64,000 nt of DNA from a virus, in the IMG/VR virus record IMGVR_UViG_3300036832_001295, positions 21,709-85,708 of that record; one strand, 5' to 3'. Position 1 is the stretch's first letter; each line of letters begins with the position of its first letter. This document shows, piece after piece, positions 16,797 through 27,500 of the stretch. Made by a program: the position numbers and the translations under genes. The notes below the pieces were generated by a model that worked only from the letters and a program-made list of their open reading frames with translations, ran no database searches and had not been told where the DNA came from.

Positions 16797-17591
16797 TCAG
16801 TAGGTGAACAGCCGGGTCCAGTCGCCCCGCCACACCTGGCCGACATGCTTGCTGCGCGGGGTGTGCTTCTTCTGCCACTTGGTCACCGCGGCGGTAGTAG
16901 TTGCTCCGTAGACGCCCGGGGTCCACTTGCCGCCGAAGCCGAGGGCCGCCAGCCGGTTCTGGATGGCCTGGATGTCCGGGCGTTCGGCGACGTAGTAGCC
17001 GCCGTGGCTGGTGTTCGGCCCGGCGATCGGCCCGAAGTAGTGGCCCTTCTTCATGTAGGAGGGCCAGCGGCGGCGCAACTTCTTCTCCTTGCCCGGTTTG
17101 GCCGGTGCCTTGGGGGCCGAACCCTGCCCGCAGAAGACCTGCGCGACCCGCTGCCAGGCGGGTCCGTCGTTGACGTAGGCGCGGTGCCCGGACAGATGCA
17201 CGTGCCAAAGATGTGATTTGTCCGAACTGACCCATTTCAGGGTCTGCACGTCCAGCCCGGTGACGTCCTTGCCGTTGACGGTGCCGAAGAACTCGCGCAG
17301 CGTCTGCATCCGCACGTCGTGCGCCTTGGCGGCGTTGATCAGCCGTTGGGTGACCTTGCGCATCTGCGCCGCGGGCAGCGTGACGTCCAGGGCGGACGCG
17401 GCCTGCCCGTCGCCCTTGCGGTCGATCGGTTGGGTCACCGAATAGTCGTCCTTGGGCAGCACGTCCCGGCAACGGTGGTAGCCGTAGGCGTGGCTGCGGT
17501 CCCCGACGATGCCGGACAGCTGCGCCTGCGGGATGAAATGGTGGATGGTGTTGTAGGCCGCCTGGATCGCCTGCGGGGCATATTCGCTCAT
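16797..17591 (-). CDS. Second lysin-like protein: Zn peptidase-like domain plus peptidoglycan-binding domain
   Basis: GIVGDRSH..YH, ASALDV and HLWHVHLS metal-ligand pattern; C-terminal IQAIQNRL..GVYGATTTAAVTKWQ (PGBD). Confidence 0.75.
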   Translation of the reverse strand: MSEYAPQAIQAAYNTIHHFIPQAQLSGIVGDRSHAYGYHRCRDVLPKDDYSVTQPIDRKGDGQAASALDVTLPAAQMRKVTQRLINAAKAHDVRMQTLREFFGTVNGKDVTGLDVQTLKWVSSDKSHLWHVHLSGHRAYVNDGPAWQRVAQVFCGQGSAPKAPAKPGKEKKLRRRWPSYMKKGHYFGPIAGPNTSHGGYYVAERPDIQAIQNRLAALGFGGKWTPGVYGATTTAAVTKWQKKHTPRSKHVGQVWRGDWTRLFTY

Positions 17592-17606
17592 CGGTGTTCC
17601 TCCCGT

Positions 17607-17849
17607 TCAGCCCACACCGTCACCGGGCAGGGCAACCGTAACCCGGCCTCCCGTTATCCACTGCCCCCAGACCGACCTGATCCGGGGACCGGGCGGCGGC
17701 AGCACCGGCACCTCGACGTTGACCAGCGCCCGGCAGCACCGGCAGCGGTACTCCCGGTAGGCGGCACCATCCAGCGTGATGCAGGACCGCTCGTCACTGT
17801 CCAGGTCCTGCTGCCCGCAGTTCGGGCAGACCGCGCCGATCTCACACAT
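17607..17849 (-). CDS. Small Zn-ribbon protein
   Basis: CPNC...CRCC, 80 aa. Confidence 0.5.
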   Translation of the reverse strand: MCEIGAVCPNCGQQDLDSDERSCITLDGAAYREYRCRCCRALVNVEVPVLPPPGPRIRSVWGQWITGGRVTVALPGDGVG

Positions 17850-20667
17850 CCTCTTCCTCTTCCTCCTCGTCGCCGTAATGGGTGTCCCCGGCCAGCTTCG
17901 GCACCGCGGAGGTGTCCAGATACTTGCGCATTCCGTACACCTTCGGGTCCCCGAAACGCCCGGTCGGCCGGTAATGGGTCGGGTCGTCTTCCTCGGAGTT
18001 GTCCGGGGCGATCCAGTGCCGTTTGGTGACCACGCTGATGCCGAAGCGCTGCCCCGGCTGGTACCCGGCCAGCTTGCTCAGCTTGGCCGCCTTCTTCCGG
18101 GGCCGTTTGCCGTCCTTGTTGTCCTTCGGCGCGTCCTCGCGCTCCTCGTCGGACTCCTCCGGGCCGGACTCCTGGCCGGGCATCGGGGCGGGCAACCCCA
18201 ACGCCGGGTTGCCGACCGGCGGGGCGTTGATGTCGCCTTGCTCGGCCATCATCGCCTGCTCCGGGTCCGGCGACATCACCGGGTTGTCGTCCACCCCCAT
18301 GCCCAGCGAAGGCACCGCCGCGTCGTTGGCGTTGTAGACCGGCGAGGGCTGGCTGCCCGCCTCGATCGCCTTCGGGGCGAAGTCGGCGGCCAGGTCCGCC
18401 GGGATCGGGTAGCCCTCCCGTTGCAGGGACTGGAAGATCTTGCGGCGGGTGTCCTGCTCGGCGACCGCCAGGGCCACCGCCTCCTCGCTACGCTGCTCGA
18501 TGGCCTCGTTGAACTCGATGCCGGTGGTGGACAGCCGCTGCTTGTACGGGATCGGCACCCCGGCCGCGGCGAGGGTCTCCACGAACTGCCGCTCGGTCTC
18601 CTCATCGGAGATGTTCAGCGTCTTGAAGGTCAGCCGCGGGATCAGCAGCTTGGGCTGTTCGATGATGCGTTCCTCGCCGGACTCCTCGTCTATCTCATAG
18701 ATCTCCTCGGTGATCAGGTACCGTTTCCCGCCGCGCACCTCGTAGTCGAAATGCTCCTGCGCCTCGGCGACGATCGCGGCCCGGTCGAAGACGAACTTGG
18801 CCAGCATCCGCTGGTAGTGGGTCAGCAGCTGGGTGACCACATCCCTGTTCAAGGCATCCGCGGCGTAGGTCTCCCCGGCCTGCGCGCCGGTCAGCATCGT
18901 CTGAGACAGCCCGAACACCATCAAGATCCGTTCGGTGATCCGGTCGAAGTCGTTGGACAGGTCCGGCACGTTCTCCCGGCCGAAGACCGGCTGCATGTCG
19001 ATCGCCCAGTGGTAGGTCAGCACCCGGAAATCGGCGGCCAGCGCCGCGTCCAGGGAGGCGTTGAACTCCTCCATGTCCTCCTGAGTGGGGATCCACGGGG
19101 TGCCGGTGCCCAGGTCCTGCGCGGTCGCGCCCAGCTTGGTCAGGATCAGCGGGGTGTAGAGCCGATCGGCGATGGAGTCCAGCGCGGAGTTCAGCATCTC
19201 CTCCTGGATGATCATCCGGAAGGCCCGCATCAGCAGCGGGATGCCACGGTTAGAAAACCGGTCGGCCTTGAACCGCAGCTGCTTCAGGATGATGTTGGAG
19301 ACGGGCATCAGCGCGTCTTCCTGGGCGTAGTTCAGCAGTTCCGGGAACTGCCGGACCAGCTGCGTGTACTGCCAGTGCGGGGTGCGGCTGGTGAGCACCT
19401 TGCGCAGCGACTCGGGCAGCCGCATCAGGTACCGCGGGTCGTTCAGGAACAGCGACTTCTCGATCTCCACGTCATCCGGGTTGATCAGTTCGTCGGCTTC
19501 CCAGACGCCCAGCGTGTCGTTCCAGCCGCCCAGCGCCCAGGACTCGCCGGACAACCAGTACTCGGTGCCCAGGTCGAGCAGGAAGTCCTCGAAGTTCAGC
19601 TGGTCGAAGAACAGGTCGGAGTAGAAGTCGATCAGCTGCTGGTCCTGGCATTCGAAGGCCATGCCCTGCATCGGCAGCTTGGAGTAGACGTCGATGCAGG
19701 CCGGGATCACCGGGTGGGTGACGTAAAGCAGGCGGCAGTTCTTGGACTGGTAGCCCCAGGCGACGTAGTTGCCGGTGCTGGTCTGCATGCTGATCACGGT
19801 GGCGGTGCCCGCGTCGGTAACCGAGAGCACCTTGTCCGGCCCGCCGTGCGGCAGGGTGTACCAGCGCCCGACCGCGTTCATCCCGGACTCCACCGAAGAC
19901 AGCCCGAACAGTTCGTCGCCTTCGTTGGCGACGAAGTACTCGGTAGTGATCTTGCCGGTGTCGATCGGGTGACCGCGCAGGTCGACCTGCTGACGGCCGA
20001 ACCACGGGTTGAACCAGCGGTGGTCGGGGGTGCAGGTGATGACCTGGCCGGAGGCCATGGTCAGCTTCACCACCGGCACGTCATCGCGGGACAGAGTGGC
20101 CAGCACGGTGGCCGGGAGGTAGTGCACGCCCAGCCCGCCGTTGCTGTGCAGCGTGTACTTCCAGCCCTGCACCGCATCGCCGGGGGTGATCTCACCCAGC
20201 GGTTTGGAGGTGCCGTCGGCCATCAGGATCGGCGCGTCCGGGGTATTGCAGAACTCCCGGATCCGTTCCAACTCGACCGGGTCGGTGAAGTTGAAGGGCA
20301 GGTTGTTCTGCCGCCAGTACCACATCGGGTCACGCGGGCGGGCGGTGGCGATCTGCATCGAGCCACCGGTCCCGTAGGCCGCGGTGCGGCGCATCGACGT
20401 GCCGACCGCCCGGGAGCCGCTCAGCCGGTTGTTGATGGTGCGCTCGGGCAGGTGCGGGGCCCCGAACGGCAACCCGGCAGGGGTGCGCTGGTCGGACTCG
20501 CGGACCCGCCGGGTCGCGACCCGGCGCGGCGACGCGATGTTGGCTCCGGTGCCGGGCAGGTCCGGCAGCGGCACCCGGCGGCCCCGCCGGTCGGTCACGG
20601 AAAAGTCGGCCACGTTACTTCGCGGCCCCAGCCGGGTGACGGGCAGCGGGTCGCCCGCTAGGTTCAC
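17842..20667 (-). CDS. Portal protein containing an intein
   Basis: 941 aa; LLYVTHPVIPACIDVYSKLP, RGIPLLMRAFR and RLYTPLILTKLG motifs resembling portals of large actinophage myoviruses; acidic tail. Confidence 0.75.
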   Translation of the reverse strand: MNLAGDPLPVTRLGPRSNVADFSVTDRRGRRVPLPDLPGTGANIASPRRVATRRVRESDQRTPAGLPFGAPHLPERTINNRLSGSRAVGTSMRRTAAYGTGGSMQIATARPRDPMWYWRQNNLPFNFTDPVELERIREFCNTPDAPILMADGTSKPLGEITPGDAVQGWKYTLHSNGGLGVHYLPATVLATLSRDDVPVVKLTMASGQVITCTPDHRWFNPWFGRQQVDLRGHPIDTGKITTEYFVANEGDELFGLSSVESGMNAVGRWYTLPHGGPDKVLSVTDAGTATVISMQTSTGNYVAWGYQSKNCRLLYVTHPVIPACIDVYSKLPMQGMAFECQDQQLIDFYSDLFFDQLNFEDFLLDLGTEYWLSGESWALGGWNDTLGVWEADELINPDDVEIEKSLFLNDPRYLMRLPESLRKVLTSRTPHWQYTQLVRQFPELLNYAQEDALMPVSNIILKQLRFKADRFSNRGIPLLMRAFRMIIQEEMLNSALDSIADRLYTPLILTKLGATAQDLGTGTPWIPTQEDMEEFNASLDAALAADFRVLTYHWAIDMQPVFGRENVPDLSNDFDRITERILMVFGLSQTMLTGAQAGETYAADALNRDVVTQLLTHYQRMLAKFVFDRAAIVAEAQEHFDYEVRGGKRYLITEEIYEIDEESGEERIIEQPKLLIPRLTFKTLNISDEETERQFVETLAAAGVPIPYKQRLSTTGIEFNEAIEQRSEEAVALAVAEQDTRRKIFQSLQREGYPIPADLAADFAPKAIEAGSQPSPVYNANDAAVPSLGMGVDDNPVMSPDPEQAMMAEQGDINAPPVGNPALGLPAPMPGQESGPEESDEEREDAPKDNKDGKRPRKKAAKLSKLAGYQPGQRFGISVVTKRHWIAPDNSEEDDPTHYRPTGRFGDPKVYGMRKYLDTSAVPKLAGDTHYGDEEEEEEDV
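19738..20250 (-). mobile_element. Mini-intein (171 aa, no homing endonuclease) in the portal
   Basis: Block A CNTPDAPILMADG, block B CTPDHRW, C-terminus TGNYVAWGYQSKN followed by +1 Cys. Confidence 0.85.
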
Positions 20668-20706
20668 TTCAAACGGTCCACCTCCCGAGAACAGGAGCTA
20701 CTACTG

Positions 20707-20961
20707 ATGACCGATGTGGCCGACCGGCCGTTTACCGGCCAGATGCATGACCTGAACGAGAAGGGCGACACCAAGATCGTCTGGAGCGCCGACAACCCGG
20801 ACGAGGTGGCGATTGCCAAGACCGCCTTCGACGCGGCCCGCAAGAAGGGCATGCTGGCCTACAAGGCCGAGGGCCGCAAGGGCGAACGCGGCAGCCAGAT
20901 CCGCGAGTTCGACCCGGACGCGGAACGGATCATCCTTGTGAAACCCCTCCAAGGCGGCTGA
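20707..20961 (+). CDS. Small protein ending in Gly-Gly
   Basis: AGGAG RBS; GDTKIVW...FDPDAERIILVKPLQGG-stop. Confidence 0.8.
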   Translation: MTDVADRPFTGQMHDLNEKGDTKIVWSADNPDEVAIAKTAFDAARKKGMLAYKAEGRKGERGSQIREFDPDAERIILVKPLQGG

Positions 20962-20962
20962 C

Positions 20963-21631
20963 TTGGCCACCTACTGGCCCACCGACAGCACCTGGTATTG
21001 GTCCACGACTACCTCTGCGACCACTACGATCACGTGGCCGCATGACCTCGCCTGGCAGACCTGGGGCACGCAGACCAACACGATCCAGTTGAACTCCACC
21101 TGGGAGACGTGGAACTGGACCGACCCGGTCTACCCCGTCCGACCCATCTCCGTACCGCCGACCCCCGAACAACTGATCGAGGCGGAGGCCCACAGAGCCG
21201 CCCAGGAGCGGCTGTGGGCCGACCAGCAGCAGGAACGTGAACTGGCCAACGCCACCGCCCGCGTGTTGCTGGAAGCGGTGCTGTCCGAAACACAGCTGCG
21301 CGACCACCAGCAACACGGCTTCTTCGAGGTGTTGAGTGCGGCCGGACGGCGCTACCGGATCCACACCGGCAACGGCTCCAACGCGGGCAACATCAAGTTG
21401 ATGGTCGGCGAGAGCGGCGAACAGGTGGCCGCCTCGCTGTGCGCGCATCTGTACGGCCGAGAGCCGGTCGCCGACTCGTGGATCGCGCAGAAGCTGGCCT
21501 TGGAGGACGACGAGGAAGGTTTCTGGGCGGTGGCCAACCCGTCCTGGCACCGGCCACGCGAGATCGAGGTGCCGACTCCGCAGTTCCGGACTCGTGGGTT
21601 GCGGGAACGGCCGGTGCAGCTGGCAGCATGA
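20963..21631 (+). CDS. Hypothetical protein, partner of the GG-ending protein
   Basis: 222 aa; Trp/Thr-rich N-terminus, RRYRI, LCAH and AQKLALEDDEEGF..AN motifs. Confidence 0.7.
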   Translation: MATYWPTDSTWYWSTTTSATTTITWPHDLAWQTWGTQTNTIQLNSTWETWNWTDPVYPVRPISVPPTPEQLIEAEAHRAAQERLWADQQQERELANATARVLLEAVLSETQLRDHQQHGFFEVLSAAGRRYRIHTGNGSNAGNIKLMVGESGEQVAASLCAHLYGREPVADSWIAQKLALEDDEEGFWAVANPSWHRPREIEVPTPQFRTRGLRERPVQLAA

Positions 21632-22067
21632 ACACACCGGGGCACAGCGTCGGGGACCTCTGGTGCTACGGCGGCGTGGGCTCGTGCGAGGCCGCGCCGG
21701 ACAGCCGCCACAAGTGGATCAAGATAGGGGACGGCGGGGACAGCAACGAACTGTTCGAGTGTGAGTACTGCCACCAACGGATCTGGGACTGAGATGCGAC
21801 GCCGGTTCGCGCTCTGGCGGTGCCGGGTGCTGGGCTGGCATCCGCAGCGTTACCGCGAGGCGTTCGGCTTCGACGGTTGCTCGGTGCATGCTCGGTGCAG
21901 ACGGTGCGGCTTCGAGGGGATGGAGGACAGCCAGGGCGGGTTGTTCTAACCGACGTGCGAGTACCCACGACGATGAGTCGAGAACCAGCGCGGTGAGGAT
22001 TGCCGGGTGACACTCCGCCACTCGCACGCGGACGGCTAACCCCAGCGGATCTGCTGGTCGAGGTGGC

Positions 22068-22301
22068 CTAACCGGGCGGTGCGGCCAACAACCCGACGTG
22101 CGTGTGCGAACAGCGCTCGGCGTCCAGGTCGTGACTCTCGATCAGGCAACTCTCAAAGCCGCGCACCCGCATCGGCTCGCCGTCGATGCGCACCGTGGTG
22201 CCGACCAACTCGCGCAGGTTGCCGAGTCCGAACCGCTTGACCAGATACACCGTGCCGTGCCCGGTGACGGTGAAGGTGTCCTCGGCGTGCAACTCGATCA
22301 C
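22068..22301 (-). CDS. Small protein resembling the EF-Tu domain II beta-barrel
   Basis: EDTFTVTGHGTV...VGLL pattern. Confidence 0.45.
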   Translation of the reverse strand: MIELHAEDTFTVTGHGTVYLVKRFGLGNLRELVGTTVRIDGEPMRVRGFESCLIESHDLDAERCSHTHVGLLAAPPG

Positions 22302-22324
22302 CGCCGCAGCCTAGCGGCGGCGGC

Positions 22325-22657
22325 CTAATGCCTGCGCCGGGCGTCGTCGGCCAGTATCCGTTGCCCGTAGGCGCGGATCTGGTTGCCGAACTCGCGCAGC
22401 ATCTCCCACGGCAGCCCGTCCGGGTTGGCGTGGGACAGGTGCAGGAAGCATTCCAGGTTGGCGGTGCAGGTCGGGCACAACCACGCCACCGTCCGGCCGT
22501 GGTGGGTGTAGGCGCGGGTGGTCAACGGGGTGGGGGAATGGAACTTCACCCCTTCGCAGGGGTGTTCGGCGGCTCGTGAACCCAGCTGCGGCGGCACTCC
22601 GTTGATCGCCAGGGCTGCGCCGATGGTGAAGGAACGAGTGGGCTGCGTCATGGTCAT
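22325..22657 (-). CDS. Hypothetical protein
   Basis: 110 aa, LCPTC, coupled to neighbouring genes. Confidence 0.6.
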   Translation of the reverse strand: MTMTQPTRSFTIGAALAINGVPPQLGSRAAEHPCEGVKFHSPTPLTTRAYTHHGRTVAWLCPTCTANLECFLHLSHANPDGLPWEMLREFGNQIRAYGQRILADDARRRH

Positions 22658-23240
22658 CGGCGACTTGCCTTGATCTTCGCGGCGGTGCGGGCCGGGTCGG
22701 TGCTGGACATGATCGCCAAGTGCCGCAGGAAGTCCGCCTCGCCCAGTTCGTCCCCGGCGACAGTACGGTACGACTTCTTCTTGGTGAACGGCGGCGGACC
22801 TTTGCTGCCGCCCACCTCGGCTTCCTCCTCGTCCTCGTCTTCCTCGGGCTCGCCCTCCTCGTCTTCTTCACCCTCCTCGCCTTGTTCGGCGAACGGGTTC
22901 TCGCCGTTCTCGTCCGCGAACGGCTCCTCGCCGGGGTTGGCCATCCCGCCGTCGCCGCCGGGCATCGGCATCCCGCCCGAGTCGGGACGTCCCGGCCACG
23001 GGTACGGCTCGCCGCCCACCGACATCGGGAAGGCCGGGAACTGCGGCTGCACCTGCACGGTGAAGGCGGCGGTGCAGAAGGAGCATTCGATGGAGCCGTC
23101 GGAGCGGGCCGTCACCGACCCGCTGCCACAAAAGGGCAGTGCAGCACGTCCACCGCGTTGCCGGAGACGTGCCCGATCTTGACGAAGACCGGCATCCCTT
23201 CCGGGCCGGTGTCCAACACCGCGATCCGGTCCTGGCTCAT
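22654..23240 (-). CDS. Zn-ribbon virion-associated protein, split by a -1 frameshift at 23130-23136
   Basis: Frame 1 MSQDRI...LHCPF; the -1 frame continues CGSGSVTARSDGSIECSFC; the junction is C CCT TTT. Confidence 0.65.
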
Positions 23241-23710
23241 GTCGGCTCCTCCCCGAACGCGTCGCGCAGCAGCCGACGGGCCCCGACCGAGACCACCCGG
23301 TCCATCTGCTCGGAGGACAGCTGCTCGTAAGCCAGATCCAGTGAGGTGTCCACCTTCAGCCGGGCCTCCACGTAATTCAGCACGTCCCGGGCGATCCGTT
23401 CCCAGTTGGCCAGCCGGTTGGCCCGGGCCAGCAGGTTGATGACGCCTTGTTCGCCTTCGGAGCCCATCACCATCCGCACCGACATGGTGGTCAACGTCGG
23501 GGCGTGCAGCGCCGCCTGGGACGGCTCCGGCACCAGGTCGTAGATGGACACCATGTCGATCTCGCCCTGCCGCGGGCCGGTGGACCATTTCACGTTCGCG
23601 GCAGTGTCGGAGGCGAAGTACACCAGCGTCCCGGAGGCGGGTTGCAGCCCGTCCCGGCCGTCCCCGAGGTAGGCGACCGAGTCCCCTTCGTAGAGGCTGA
23701 TGTAGCTCAC
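23237..23710 (-). CDS. Hypothetical protein
   Basis: 157 aa, GGAGG RBS, coupled to the next gene. Confidence 0.7.
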   Translation of the reverse strand: MSYISLYEGDSVAYLGDGRDGLQPASGTLVYFASDTAANVKWSTGPRQGEIDMVSIYDLVPEPSQAALHAPTLTTMSVRMVMGSEGEQGVINLLARANRLANWERIARDVLNYVEARLKVDTSLDLAYEQLSSEQMDRVVSVGARRLLRDAFGEEPT

Positions 23711-23714
23711 TTAC

Positions 23715-24545
23715 CTACCCTCCGTGTGCGACCAGCGTGGCGCGGGCCAAGGTGAGCGCCTCCTGGGCGGAAACCTGGTTGGCGGCGTGCACCCGGGTCA
23801 GGATCGCCAGCAGCCGCCCGTCCCGGCGTGGTTTGCGGGCCAGCTTCGCGGTCCGGGTCTTCATCGACCGGTCCGGTCTGAAGTTCTCACCGGGCCGGTA
23901 CGGATCCAGGTCCGGGTGCCGGTCCAGGTCGGCCAGGCTGCCGCACTTGCACACCCACCAGGCGTGATGGGCCCGGTCCGGGGCCAACGCGGTGCCGTGG
24001 TTGGCGCAGCTGGGGCAGTTGGCCTGGGCGAGCAGGTAGCGGCGTTCGTCCGGGGCGGGCAGCGTCACCTGCCGGGCCGGACGTTCGGTCTTGGCGGCCC
24101 GGCCCTGCCAGCGGGCCCCGCCGGAGGGCGGGCCGCTCGGCTCGGTGGCGTCCATCGTCTCCGGGTGCAGGTAGTCATTGCCAGGCGGTCCGGTGGCGAT
24201 GCCGGTGACCGTCCCGGCCCCCATGCAGCGGCGGCAGACGGTTTCCGGGTAGGCCGGATCCAGTCCGGTGCCGTGACATTGCGGGCAGACGTGGGTATCC
24301 ATGTCACGCGGCGCGCGGGGTGGGGTGCCGGGTAACGGACCTGCATAGTCGGACCAACCGCGGGTCGGGGAGGGCATCGGCTTGCCCCACCCGGTGCCGC
24401 CCGCGCCTTGCGCCATCATCGACGGTTTCGGGTCGACGCCTTCCAGGCCGAGGTTGGACGACCCGCACCGGCACATCAGGTCGGTGGACAGTTTTGCGAT
24501 CACACCGCGGGCCCCGCAGTCGGCGCAGAACACTGGGATCGGCAT
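23715..24545 (-). CDS. Multi-Zn-finger protein (DnaJ-like CxxCxGxG motifs)
   Basis: Start MPIPVFCADC; CPQCHGTG, CRRCMGAG, CPSC..CKC. Confidence 0.7.
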   Translation of the reverse strand: MPIPVFCADCGARGVIAKLSTDLMCRCGSSNLGLEGVDPKPSMMAQGAGGTGWGKPMPSPTRGWSDYAGPLPGTPPRAPRDMDTHVCPQCHGTGLDPAYPETVCRRCMGAGTVTGIATGPPGNDYLHPETMDATEPSGPPSGGARWQGRAAKTERPARQVTLPAPDERRYLLAQANCPSCANHGTALAPDRAHHAWWVCKCGSLADLDRHPDLDPYRPGENFRPDRSMKTRTAKLARKPRRDGRLLAILTRVHAANQVSAQEALTLARATLVAHGG

Positions 24546-24546
24546 C

Positions 24547-27500
24547 TCAACCCTCGTCCTCTTCGGTGTCGTCCTCGTCCATGTCGGTCTCGCCCCGGGA
24601 GCCCTGATCCCCCAACCCGGGGGTGGGGGTGTTGATCTGCCGGGTTTGCAGCCGTTCACCGGGTTGGGTGGGGGTGTTGATGCCGCGCTGCTCGGCGGGC
24701 TGCATCGGGCGTTGCTTGACCAAGCCCTCCCAGGTGTTGGCGCGGTACTCGTCCTCGGACAGCCCGGACGGGTTCTCCGGGGTGGGTTGGCTCAACGTGC
24801 GGCCCCCGACCCGTTGCGGGGCCATGTTCGGCGGGGCGGCGTTCGGAGCCGCCGGGGCGGGGGCTGCGCTCGGCCCGCCGGTCCCGGGTGCGGCGTCCCC
24901 GCCGGGGGTCGCGCCGGGTGGTGCGCCCGCGCCCGTGTCGTTGGCGGGCGGCACCGCCGGAGGCAGCGAGGCAAGCAACGACCGGGAGAAGAACTGCGGG
25001 GCTTGCTTACCTTCGTACAACCACGGGAACTCCCGTTCGTGGCTGCCCTGCCCGTAGAGGTCGTCGTGGGCATGGATCCAATGCTGGTCCTGATGGTCGC
25101 TGGCCATCGCCCGCGCGATGCCTTCGGCCGGGTGGCTGACCACCGGCCCGCACGCCTCGCAGGTGACCCGGTAGTTCTCGCCGGGGTGTTCCGGGTGCCA
25201 GATGGTGGTTTTCGGGTGTGGCACCGCGGCCAGCTTGGAGACCTTCGCCGACCACGCCCCGTCGCCGCACTTGTGGCTGCCGTTGTGCAGGTGTTCCAGG
25301 TGCTCTTCCTCCTCGCCGCCCGCCGCGGTGTGCCACCGCACCGGCATCCGGCAGTGGTCGCAGTGCCCGACGATCAACCCGTCGGTGGCGGCCCGCTTGG
25401 AGTACCGGGACGGGCCGGTCGGGTTGGACCGCAGGAATTGCATCTGCTCCGGGCTGGACTGTTCCCGGATGGACTGGAACAGCGGCCCGATCACCTGCCG
25501 GTTGTGGTTGTTCTCATTCGCCATGTGCTCGTGCGCCAACCGGTAACCGCGCTGGTAACCCTCCGATTCGTCCTTGAAGTCCTGCTGCCCGCGCCAGTCG
25601 AAGTTGCGGGTGGCGTGGTGCATCGCGTCGGAGTAGCCGTCCCGCTCGTCCTCCTCGTGCACGGTGTCCGGCGGGCCGGTGGTGTACCGGTTCATGTACG
25701 GGTACAGGCCTTTGCCCATCACGTCGGCGGTGGCCGGGTGCTGACCCCATTCGTAGGCGGCCTGGCGGCTCAGCCGGGTGACGCCTTCCCGGGCGAAGTG
25801 GCCGTGCTCGCGGCAGGCCGGGTTGACATGGCAGGTGCCTTCGCTGTCGTAACGGCAGGTGCAGTCGTCCTCCTCATTGGCAGGCGGCTGCCGTTCCTCG
25901 TTGCGGTACCCGGCACCGGGTGGGACCGGTGGCCCGCTAAGCGGGTACCCGGCGCGGCGGGCGAAAGGGCGCGGCCCCAGGGCGGCTTCCTTCTCCTCGC
26001 CGACCTTCGGTTCGCCGTACTGCTCGGCCCAGTGATTGATGTGTTTGACCACGGTGGCCCGGTCGTGTTTGGTGCGGCCGATGTCGTGCTTGGCGTTGCG
26101 GACATCCTCCGCGGAGTTGATCGGGAAACTGCCGTCACTAAGCGCGTGGCCGGACTCGGCGGCCTTGTCCCGCTGCTCCTGGGTGAACTCCTTGGCCCAG
26201 TACACCAACCCGTCACGGCGGGCGGCGGTGAACGGGTAGTCCTCCCGGCCGAAGTGGGTGTCGGTCGCGTCGGCGTGCCCGTGGATGGTCCGTATCGCCG
26301 CCCGGTAGGCCGACTGTTGACCACCCCGGCCGTACTCGTGGTGGCCGATCTTGTCCCCGGCGTAGGTGTGCGGGATGTACACCCCGTGCCCGCCCTCCTC
26401 ATCATGAAAATGTTCGAGGCGGTACCGGTTGTCCGCGTCGTAGCCGGTCCCGGCGTGGATGATCTCGGAGTCGAAGGCGGCCTGCCGCCGCAATGCGGCC
26501 CGGTGCCAGGCGGACTCCTTCTCCGCCGACTCGGAGGCCCCGGGCACGTTGACGTACAACGCCTTCTGGTGGCGGCGGGCCTGCTCGCGGGTGGCGTACC
26601 CCTTCTCTTCCTTCTTCTCGCCCTTGTCGTTGACGACGAAGAACCGCCCGCCCTCCTCCTTGATCCGGTACGGGGCGTGTTCACCGCCGCCGGGCGCGGT
26701 GTGCCGCATCCCGGTGGCACCGCGCGAGTAACCCTGCCCGTCGACCTGGCCCATCGCGCTGCCGGAGGACTGTTCGGGTGGGACGTCGCCGTAGAAGTCG
26801 TCGGTCCGGTTGTCGGTCTTCGGTTCGATGCCTTCGGCCGGGTCGACCGGGAAACCGGAGGTGGCGGACTGGTCGCCCATCGCGAAATAGCTCGGGTTCG
26901 GCCCCGGGGTGGGTGCGGCCCCTTCGACCCCCGTGTGCCGGGAGGCGTGCTTGACGGCGCGTTCCACGGACTGGTCCAGGCCCGCCTTGGCGTAGTCGTA
27001 CTCGGACTTCAACGCCCCGATCGGGTGCCCCGCCGCCTGCGGGTGGGTGTCGTGGTGGAAGGCGTTGATGCCGCAGGTGGCGCAGTAGCGCGGCGTGCGG
27101 TCGGCCTTCTCCATGATCGACTTGGCGGTGGCCAGTTCACGCAGCGCGTTGTTGCGTTGCGCGTGCGGGTTGGGGCCCTGGTAGTTCGGGTTGGTCGGCG
27201 GATCGCCGGAGTTGTGCGTCATCTCGTGCCAGACGTCGCCGCCATGCCAGTGCTGATCCATGTACGCCTTGGCCTCGCCGGGGGTGTGCACGATGTCCCA
27301 GGTGGATTCGTTGGAGACCGCCGGGCTACCTTTTGGGATCTGCCCGCCGCAGTGGTCACACCAGGTGTCGGCCCCGGCCGGGTGCGAATGCCAGTGGTTG
27401 GAGGGCAGGTCGCCGGGGGTGGCGTTGCCGTAGTCGTCGCCTTCCAGGTAGCCGCCTGCCGCGCTGCGCCGGGACCCGGTGGCGGCGTTGCCCCCGGGCG

